Part shown: positions 57,352-64,000 of the stretch, piece after piece
Layout: every line of letters begins with the position of its first letter
Numbering within the stretch: the stretch's first letter is position 1
Source: Minisyncoccota bacterium
Lineage (GTDB): Bacteria; Patescibacteriota; Minisyncoccia; Phycocordibacterales; GCA-2401445
Assembly: GCA_040879725.1 (NCBI GenBank)
Contig: JBBDJV010000015.1
Coordinates: forward strand, 32,127-96,126
Reading direction: 5' to 3'
DNA length: 64,000 nucleotides
The notes under the pieces: model-generated
What the model saw: the letters and a program-made list of their open reading frames with translations, nothing else
Told to the model about the DNA's origin: nothing
Database searches by the model: none
Made by a program: the position numbers and the translations under genes

Positions 57352-57816
57352 ATGTATCTCAACAAAGCACTCGTATATGGAAATCTCACTCGCGATCCGG
57401 AAATGCGCGCACTTCCTTCGGGAGTACAAATTGCAAGTTTCTCGGTAGCGACAAACAGGGTCTGGAAAGACAAAAATGGCGCTCGACAGGAATCAACCGA
57501 CTATCACAACATTGTGGTATTCGGTCGTCAGGCAGAAACTGCCGGACAGTACCTGAAAAAAGGAAGTGGTGTTTTTGTAGAAGGACGAATGCAAACCAGA
57601 AGCTGGGAAGCGGATGGTGGGAAGAAATATCGAACTGAAATTGTTGCAGATCGTGTACAGTTTGGTCCTCGAGGAGGAGCGGGAGGTGATAGTGGCGGTT
57701 CACGCACAAGTGCTGAAAAGCCACAAAAGACCGAAAAAGCACCTCAAAAGGACGACTCTATGGATTCTATTGATTATCCTGAAGAGGATATAAATCCGGA
57801 GGATATACCGTTTTAA
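57352..57816 (+). CDS. ssb: Single-stranded DNA-binding protein
   Basis: NKALVYGNLTRDPE, VEGRMQTRSW, C-terminal EDIPF. Confidence 0.97.
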   Translation: MYLNKALVYGNLTRDPEMRALPSGVQIASFSVATNRVWKDKNGARQESTDYHNIVVFGRQAETAGQYLKKGSGVFVEGRMQTRSWEADGGKKYRTEIVADRVQFGPRGGAGGDSGGSRTSAEKPQKTEKAPQKDDSMDSIDYPEEDINPEDIPF

Positions 57817-57834
57817 TTAACCCAATTTACGTTT

Positions 57835-58035
57835 ATGGCACAATGCTATTTCACACAAAACGGGATTAAGCATATTGACTATAAGGATATTGAACTTCTC
57901 AAGAAGTTTATCAATCCTCATGCACGTATGCAGTCTCGAAAGCGGACAGGAGTAAGTGCAAAAAACCAGCGAAAGCTGGCACTTGCAATAAAACGCGCTC
58001 GATACATGGGATTACTTCCTTACGTATTACGATAA
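57835..58035 (+). CDS. rpsR: 30S ribosomal protein S18
   Basis: [31 protein letters not shown]. Confidence 0.96.
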   Translation: MAQCYFTQNGIKHIDYKDIELLKKFINPHARMQSRKRTGVSAKNQRKLALAIKRARYMGLLPYVLR

Positions 58036-58036
58036 T

Positions 58037-58065
58037 AAAAAACGCCCTTCATAAGGGCATTTTTT
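58037..58065 (+). terminator. Terminator after rpsR
   Basis: AAAAAACGCCCTT-cat-AAGGGCATTTTTT. Confidence 0.7.
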
Positions 58066-58109
58066 ATATGAAAAGAGAAAGGGAAAGAGGAAAGGGGTTT
58101 TTATAAAAT

Positions 58110-58139
58110 AAAAACCCCCTCGCACCGAAGTGCGAGGGG
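58110..58139 (-). terminator. Intrinsic terminator with cUUCGg loop (minus strand)
   Basis: Minus strand CCCCTCGCAC-TTCG-GTGCGAGGGG-GTTTTT. Confidence 0.88.
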
Positions 58140-58485
58140 ATGATGCGGAGCAATGTGTTCCACTTTAGCCTTACCTGGATGACTCGTTCGTTCACTGAGT
58201 GAGCTTAGAGAAAACATACAGGCAGATTTCCACAACCAACACGTCGACGTGTTTTCCGCGCATCCACTTGGATATGCAATATCAGCTGTTAACCGAGTTG
58301 TGTACTAGGGATTTCTCTACCCTGTAAGAGACTGCAAGTTCCGTCTATAACCGGCAGTTGTATCATTCAAGGATGTTGAGGTCCCACGACCCTGCGTGCT
58401 AACAAGTAATACAAGCAGACAGTTTTAGGCTATTCCCGTTTAAGGGAATCATTATTATTTTCTTGCGGAAGGGACAGTGCTTTCC
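58110..58485 (-). ncRNA. Candidate ~375-nt structured ncRNA of unknown class
   Basis: Own TTGACA-17-TAGTAT promoter and terminator, no ORF of 60 aa or more, 5'/3' end pairing, multiple internal hairpins. Confidence 0.65.
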
Positions 58486-58487
58486 AT

Positions 58488-58516
58488 ATACTATAGAAAA
58501 GTGATTTTATTGTCAA
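58488..58516 (-). promoter_or_regulatory. sigma70 promoter for the candidate ncRNA
   Basis: Minus strand TTGACA (58516-58511), 17 nt, TAGTAT (58493-58488). Confidence 0.75.
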
Positions 58517-58540
58517 TAACCGCTCATGTGAGCGGTTATT
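58515..58540 (-). terminator. Hairpin downstream of efp
   Basis: AATAACCGCTCA-tg-TGAGCGGTTATT. Confidence 0.6.
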
Positions 58541-58552
58541 TAGTGACAAGTA

Positions 58553-59122
58553 TTATTTTACCCGTTCTACGTATTCGCCAGTTACTGTATTTATACGTAG
58601 AAATTCTCCTTCTTCAATAAACATAGGAACTGTTACCATTGCACCTGTTTCAAGCTTTACGAGCTTATTTCCGCCTTGTGCGGTACTTCCTTTTACGTTT
58701 GGCGGAGCTTCGACTACTTTAAGATCCACTTTGTGGGGAAGCTCTACTCCGATAACTTGTTCATTGAATATAAGCGCGGTAATAGTCGAGTTGGGAAGTA
58801 GATACTGTGTTGCTGAACCAAGCAGTGCTTCTTCTAGCTTGAAGCGCTTTGAAGCATCGTTTGCGTCACAGAACCACCATTCTCCCTTATTGCTGTAGAG
58901 GAATTTTTTATCTACCTTTTCAATGTCTGCTTCCTGCACTTTATCAGATACGTGGAATGAATACTCAGTCACGCGACCAGATATCATATTTTTCAGCTTT
59001 GTTGCATTTACCGGTTTACGTTGTTGCTTGCGAAATACGTGACTGGTAAGTACTTCAAACGGTTCACCATCCATAATGATGTATTTTCGTTCGCGGATTT
59101 CATTGTATTCAAGCATTGACAT
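58553..59122 (-). CDS. efp: Elongation factor P
   Basis: KLKNMISG, FLY, PPNVKGSTAQGGNK...LETG..V.VPMFI..GE...INT.TGEYVER. Confidence 0.93.
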   Translation of the reverse strand: MSMLEYNEIRERKYIIMDGEPFEVLTSHVFRKQQRKPVNATKLKNMISGRVTEYSFHVSDKVQEADIEKVDKKFLYSNKGEWWFCDANDASKRFKLEEALLGSATQYLLPNSTITALIFNEQVIGVELPHKVDLKVVEAPPNVKGSTAQGGNKLVKLETGAMVTVPMFIEEGEFLRINTVTGEYVERVK

Positions 59123-59191
59123 AAAACATAGCGTATACACGCTCGGTTATATAAATAATATGATGAGTGTAGCCCAAGGGCTCAAAAAAGT

Positions 59192-60232
59192 CTAGTTGTT
59201 TGCGTTTGCTTTAGAAGTACGTTCCTCTTTCATTTTTTCACGGACTTCTTTGAGTATTGCGTCGGCTATTTTCTTTTCGGACTTTAGTAATTGTCTGGTT
59301 GCGTCATAGCCACGTCCAAGTTTTGTCTCTCCGTATGAGTATGAAGAACCACTTTTTTGAACGATGCCGTATTTTTCACCGAGTGCGATAAGCTCTCCCT
59401 CGCGAGAAATTCCTTCGTTGTACATAAGGTCAAACTCAGTGTTTCGGAAAGGTGCCGCAACTTTGTTTTTAACCACTTTTGCTCGTACGCGACCTCCCAT
59501 GATTTCATCTCCTTTCTTTATTTGAGCGATACGTCGAATATCAATACGTACTGATGTGTAGAACTTGAGAGCCTTTCCTCCTGGTGTGGTTTCCGGATTA
59601 CCAAACATCACTCCAATCTGCATTCGAATTTGGTTGATGAAAATAACGATTGTTTTTGACTTCGCAACAATACCGGTGAGTTTTCTCAGGGCTTGAGACA
59701 TTAAGCGTGCTTGCTTTCCAACATGGTGAGCTCCCATTTCTCCCTCGATTTCATCTTTTGGTGTGAGTGCCGCAACGGAGTCTATGACAATAACATCTAC
59801 TTTTCCTGAACGAACCAAACTCTCGGTTATTTCAAGTGCCTGTTCTCCGGTATCTGGCTGTGAGATAAGTAGCTCATCTATTTTAACACCAAGCCGTCCT
59901 GCGTATTCCGGATCCATAGCATGTTCAGCATCTATAAAAGCACAAATACCGTTTTTCTTTTGCGCTTCGGCAATTACGTGGAGGGAGAGGGTTGTTTTTC
60001 CTGAAGATTCAGGTCCATAGATTTCAACAATTCGTCCTCGTGGAAGACCTCCGACACCGAGGGCGTCATCAAGTCCGATAGATCCTGTGGAGACTGAATC
60101 AATATTTACATGAGGTTTGTTCCCGAGTGTCATGATCGCCTCGTCACCAAACTTAGTTTTTATTTGAGCAATGGTGGCGTCAATGTTTGGACGTTCGGTT
60201 TTTTCTACTGGTTTGGTACTTTTTTTAGGCAT
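59192..60232 (-). CDS. recA: Recombinase RecA
   Basis: [43 protein letters not shown]. Confidence 0.98.
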   Translation of the reverse strand: MPKKSTKPVEKTERPNIDATIAQIKTKFGDEAIMTLGNKPHVNIDSVSTGSIGLDDALGVGGLPRGRIVEIYGPESSGKTTLSLHVIAEAQKKNGICAFIDAEHAMDPEYAGRLGVKIDELLISQPDTGEQALEITESLVRSGKVDVIVIDSVAALTPKDEIEGEMGAHHVGKQARLMSQALRKLTGIVAKSKTIVIFINQIRMQIGVMFGNPETTPGGKALKFYTSVRIDIRRIAQIKKGDEIMGGRVRAKVVKNKVAAPFRNTEFDLMYNEGISREGELIALGEKYGIVQKSGSSYSYGETKLGRGYDATRQLLKSEKKIADAILKEVREKMKEERTSKANANN

Positions 60233-60233
60233 A

Positions 60234-60587
60234 TTACTGTGTTCGTACTAATTGTAATGTTTTTGTCACAGACCTGTTAAAACGGTCTTTCGCTGTCATC
60301 TCAATTATAGTATAGCCGAGAGGGAGGAGCAATTTTTCACTAAAGTTGCCTTCTTCGGTAATAAAAATCTCACGGTCGTTTAGCGTCAGGGTGCTAATAC
60401 GCTCTGTTTTCCCTAAAATGGTAATTGATGTTGTTCCGGTAGAGCTGTGGTTTAACGGCTCAAATATTTCGAGGTGAGGTCCAGCTAGTAGCGGTCTTGC
60501 TTGGTAGTACGCGTATAAGCCGATACCTAGTATAACTCCTATGATAGCAATGCGTTTTATGTACGTGAGAAAGTCAGTTTCCATCAT
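60234..60587 (-). CDS. Small membrane-anchored Ig-like hypothetical protein
   Basis: N-terminal TM, then GP.LEIFEP...[13 protein letters not shown] beta-sandwich-like pattern. Confidence 0.75.
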   Translation of the reverse strand: MMETDFLTYIKRIAIIGVILGIGLYAYYQARPLLAGPHLEIFEPLNHSSTGTTSITILGKTERISTLTLNDREIFITEEGNFSEKLLLPLGYTIIEMTAKDRFNRSVTKTLQLVRTQ

Positions 60588-60589
60588 TC

Positions 60590-62893
60590 TTAGCGGTTAT
60601 TTTCATCTTCTTCGTCAGCGTACTCTTCGTCTGATTCGTCAGATTCTGTACCAAGGGCTGAGTCTTCTTCTGCTTCATCATCTTCGTTCCTGTAAATCTC
60701 TCTTGGTTTAGAACCGTTTTTAGGACCGATAATTCCGTTTTCCTCAAGCTGGTCAATAATTTTTGCAGAACGTGAATAGCCGATTCCAAGTCTTCTTTGT
60801 AGGTAGGATATTGATGCTTGTCCCGATTCAAAAATAATCGCTTTTGCCTCGTCATACTTAGGATCTTCAGACTTCTCGTCATCGTCAGAAATTGCTCCAA
60901 AGGCAAGGTTCTTTTCTTTTACTTCAGAGAGGTCGATTTGTGTGTTGAGTTCTCCCAGATAAGCATCCTTAAGATATTTCACTACTTCCTTCACTTCTTC
61001 TTCTGAAATAAATGATGCTTGAATACGCTGAGGTTTAGACATCTCTCCGGATATATAGAGCATATCTCCTGAACCAAGGAGTTTTTCTGCTCCTGCACTG
61101 TCCAAAATTGTCCGAGAGTCAATCTGTGACGCAACCTGAAGGGCAATACGTGCTGGTACGTTTGCCTTGATAAGACCCGTGATGACGTTTACTGAAGGAC
61201 GTTGTGTAGAGAGAATAAGGTGAATACCAACCGCACGACTCATTTGTGCAAGGCGCACAATACCGGCTTCCAGCTCTCGTGGATACATCTGCATTATGTC
61301 AGCCAACTCATCAATAATAAAGACCACAAAAGGCATCATTTCCGGAGGTTGCGGTTCTTCGCTTTCTTCTTTTTCTGCGTCTGAAAGTCCTTCGTACTTT
61401 TCTTTTGCTTTTTTGTATTTCTCCAGTAAGGGGTTTCGTATATTTTCGTGATATGACTCGATATCTCTTACTTGTTCAGCTTCCAGTATGTCGTACCGGC
61501 GTGTCATTTCATTAACCGCCCATTTGAGTGCCTTTAAACAATCTCTTGGATCGGTAATAACCGGAGTCAGAAGGTGAGGTATTTTGTTGTACATAGTAAG
61601 TTCAACTCTTTTTGGGTCAACCATGAGCAACTTCATATTTTCAGGAGAGTTGCGATAGAGGAGAGAAATAAGAAGGTTGTGTATTGTTACCGATTTTCCG
61701 GCACCGGTTGCACCAGCTACAAGCAGGTGGGGCATTTTTGCAAGGTTTGCGAAATGAGGTGCACCGGAAATACCTTTTCCAAGTGATACGAGAAGTTGCT
61801 TTGGTGATTTTTGGTAATCAGGACTCGCAAGCAAGCTACCCAAGCCCACTTTTGTTTTCGTGCTGTTTGGTATCTCAATTCCCACGAGTGACTTCCCTGG
61901 GATTGGAGCTTCAATACGAATAGGGTGTGCAGCGAGCGCGAGAGAGAGGTCACTCTGGAGTCCGACAATACGGGAGAGCTTAACCCCTTCTGCGGGCTTA
62001 AGTGAGTAGCGGGTTACCGATGGTCCAATATTGATTTCGTCCATCTCGACATTGATGCCGAAGTTCTGAAGAGAGCGCTTGATAATATTTGCATTTGCTT
62101 TTATGTCGCCAACACCAGGCTTACCTTTATCATGCGCAAGAAGAGAGAGGGGGGGTGTGGAATACGGACGCCCTACGTATGACTCATGGGGAGAGAGAAC
62201 AAGGTCATCACTCTCAGCTTCCGGTTTTGCTTTCTTTTGTCGACGAGGGGTTACCTCTTCTTCATCTACTTCCTCACTTTCATCCTCTTCTTCATCATCC
62301 TCATCTTCTGCTTCACTTTCTTCCTCCGAGAGCTCTTCTACTTCTTTAGGGTCGAGACCGACAACTGAAATACCATCAACATCAACCTGATTTTTTTGAA
62401 ACCATTTTCTCCAGAAAAGGAGTTTTTCAAAATGCAGTTCTGAGTTAAGCGTGATAAGTATTGAAACAAAAAGAAGTGAAATCAAAATAAGCGTGCTTGG
62501 TATATTTCCAAAGAGTGACACAAGAGGTTTTTCAAGTAACTCACCAAACAAGCCGGATCCGTTTTCAGATGCGCGTGCTATCAGACCAAGACCCGATAAG
62601 AAAAATAAAACAATACCTACAATGCGAGACTTAGGAAGGTCCGTGTGGAGTGCTCTGAAGTACGCAAAAGAAAAGAAGAGAGCGGTAGCAGGAAGGAGAA
62701 AGTAACCAATCCCGAGGAGGTTGGTAAACCAATTAAAAAGTTTGTTTCCTACAACTCCTGCTATTTCAAGGGGTGCCAAAAAAAGTATTACTGCAATCAG
62801 TAAAAAGAATGTTCCCGACACCATGTGTCGAGTGCTCTCATTTAATTCGCTTATGAATGAAGGACGCTTATCAATTTTTTTCTTTCTGCCCAT
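60590..62893 (-). CDS. ftsK: DNA translocase FtsK
   Basis: N-terminal TMs, PHLLVAGATGAGKS, VDPKRVEL, IIDELAD, QRPSV, gamma domain LQRRLGIGYSRSA. Start reset to MGRKKK. Confidence 0.96.
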   Translation of the reverse strand: MGRKKKIDKRPSFISELNESTRHMVSGTFFLLIAVILFLAPLEIAGVVGNKLFNWFTNLLGIGYFLLPATALFFSFAYFRALHTDLPKSRIVGIVLFFLSGLGLIARASENGSGLFGELLEKPLVSLFGNIPSTLILISLLFVSILITLNSELHFEKLLFWRKWFQKNQVDVDGISVVGLDPKEVEELSEEESEAEDEDDEEEDESEEVDEEEVTPRRQKKAKPEAESDDLVLSPHESYVGRPYSTPPLSLLAHDKGKPGVGDIKANANIIKRSLQNFGINVEMDEINIGPSVTRYSLKPAEGVKLSRIVGLQSDLSLALAAHPIRIEAPIPGKSLVGIEIPNSTKTKVGLGSLLASPDYQKSPKQLLVSLGKGISGAPHFANLAKMPHLLVAGATGAGKSVTIHNLLISLLYRNSPENMKLLMVDPKRVELTMYNKIPHLLTPVITDPRDCLKALKWAVNEMTRRYDILEAEQVRDIESYHENIRNPLLEKYKKAKEKYEGLSDAEKEESEEPQPPEMMPFVVFIIDELADIMQMYPRELEAGIVRLAQMSRAVGIHLILSTQRPSVNVITGLIKANVPARIALQVASQIDSRTILDSAGAEKLLGSGDMLYISGEMSKPQRIQASFISEEEVKEVVKYLKDAYLGELNTQIDLSEVKEKNLAFGAISDDDEKSEDPKYDEAKAIIFESGQASISYLQRRLGIGYSRSAKIIDQLEENGIIGPKNGSKPREIYRNEDDEAEEDSALGTESDESDEEYADEEDENNR

Positions 62894-63051
62894 ACAAGAG
62901 AATTGTATCACGCTGAAAAGCAATTCAGTAATGGTAAAAGCCGTAATAAATCTTTGACTTTTAGGCTCGTCCTATATACACTGAGACTGTGAGACAAAAA
63001 CTATAAAAGTCATACTCTAAGACATAAATTGTCCCATAAAGCATAAGCAAT

Positions 63052-63783
63052 ATGTCTATAAGTCAAAAAGAACATTTGTCCAATATGGAGGTTTCACTGG
63101 TAGGGAGTTCCGACAGGATACTTGGTGCTTTATATTTAGTTACATCACTCTTGGACGAAAGCGAACCATTAAGGACATCTATTAGGGACAAAGGAATTAG
63201 TGTGTCTGATAGTATTGGACATATATTATTCTCAAGTACACACATTGCGTCACATATAAGACAAACACAGTTGGCAGTACAAAAAGTCTTGTCGCTTTTG
63301 TCGGTAGCGAGAACCGCCGGTCTGATTTCTGAAATGAACTACTCAATACTGCGAAGGGCGTATGAGAAACTTTCTACAGAAATATCTCGAATTATTGAAA
63401 GTACGTTCGATAAGAAATTCGATATCATTGAAGCCCCATTGGTTGAAACCGTTTCGTCACTTGAGTCTACGTTTACTAATAACGGAGCACACACAACGTC
63501 GTCAGTTAAAAATTTTCCGATACGTGATAAAAAAGCGCCAACAGCTACACCGCGCACTCGGAATGACGAATATGTAAAGGACACTAAAAAGACATCGTCA
63601 GATAGAAGGGAAATTATACTTTCCATTATCAAAGATAAGGGGCCAGTTTCGATTAAAGATATATCCACAGTCTTTACTGATTGCAGTGAGAAAACAATCC
63701 AACGAGAGCTAACTGCGCTTATTTCTGAGGGCGTCATCACCAAAAAGGGAGAGAGACGGTGGAGTACGTACGCTATTTCATAA
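63052..63783 (+). CDS. Protein with N-terminal helical bundle and C-terminal DeoR-like winged HTH
   Basis: RREIILSIIK...VSIKDI...SEKTIQRELTALISEG..KKGERRWSTY winged HTH. Confidence 0.8.
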   Translation: MSISQKEHLSNMEVSLVGSSDRILGALYLVTSLLDESEPLRTSIRDKGISVSDSIGHILFSSTHIASHIRQTQLAVQKVLSLLSVARTAGLISEMNYSILRRAYEKLSTEISRIIESTFDKKFDIIEAPLVETVSSLESTFTNNGAHTTSSVKNFPIRDKKAPTATPRTRNDEYVKDTKKTSSDRREIILSIIKDKGPVSIKDISTVFTDCSEKTIQRELTALISEGVITKKGERRWSTYAIS

Positions 63784-63958
63784 GTTTTGTAACAGGAAAT
63801 TTTGTTACATAACCATATCTCAGCCGTCTAGGTTAGTAAGCTGTTTTGTGTAAAAATAGTGTCGAGCCATTTGTCCAAAATAGCATAAACATCAGGGAAG
63901 AGTGGAGCTACTTTTGCGCCCCATTTCTTTGACTTTTTTGTTCATTTATGCGAATATT

Positions 63959-64000
63959 GCTCGGGTAGTGGACACTTGTAATGCACACTCGTAAGTGGGC
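63959..64000 (+). other. Possible start of a tRNA-Leu-like or other structured RNA, truncated by the window end
   Basis: GCTCGGGTAGTGGA resembles tRNA-Leu 5' ends and follows a TTGACT motif, but the D-loop does not continue canonically. Confidence 0.25.

Noticed and set aside
58110-58485. tmRNA, RNase P RNA or group II intron identity for the candidate ncRNA
   Set aside because: No GGGG 5' end, T-arm or CCA; no plausible tag peptide (frame after ACAACT gives AGYRRNLQSLTG); no GAGGAAAGUCC; no domain V motif.
63070-63081. GAACATTTGTCC as a second SOS box
   Set aside because: Mismatch in the GTTC half-site, lies within a CDS, and is better explained as part of the TGTCC array.

Overview
This window looks like chromosome from a Candidate Phyla Radiation bacterium (Patescibacteria, probably Parcubacteria/OD1). 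That is inferred from the compact gene set, scarce Shine-Dalgarno sites, alpha2-type GlyRS, rplK without rplA, a non-PGKG EF-P and ATST-rich secreted proteins. Bases 1-29.3 kb are a same-strand cell-surface cluster. It contains a 5654-aa giant secreted protein, an FN3 protein, a MacB/FtsX-type ABC pair, a Cys-rich protein sharing the giant's C-terminal domain, a WxL-interacting/chaperone-like protein, a dockerin-like protein and cohesin-like membrane-anchored proteins. Next come a lexA-Y-family polymerase cassette with an SOS box, a VKOR fusion, SIMPL, secE-nusG-rplK, a dTTP-metabolism cluster and argS. A small accessory island follows, with two orphan genes behind an identical 59-bp promoter. 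The rest is ileS (with an inserted histidine-phosphatase domain), recO, glyQS, an M16 peptidase, AI-2E, metG-thrC-tatD, rpsF-ssb-rpsR, efp, recA, ftsK and an HTH gene. The most notable non-coding signals are a Phe-rich leader-peptide attenuator at 17.7 kb, an unassigned ~375-nt structured RNA with its own promoter and terminator at 58.1-58.5 kb, REP-like palindromes, and a GACA/TGTC-rich array in the terminal HTH gene. All family calls come from reading motifs by eye; no database searches were run.
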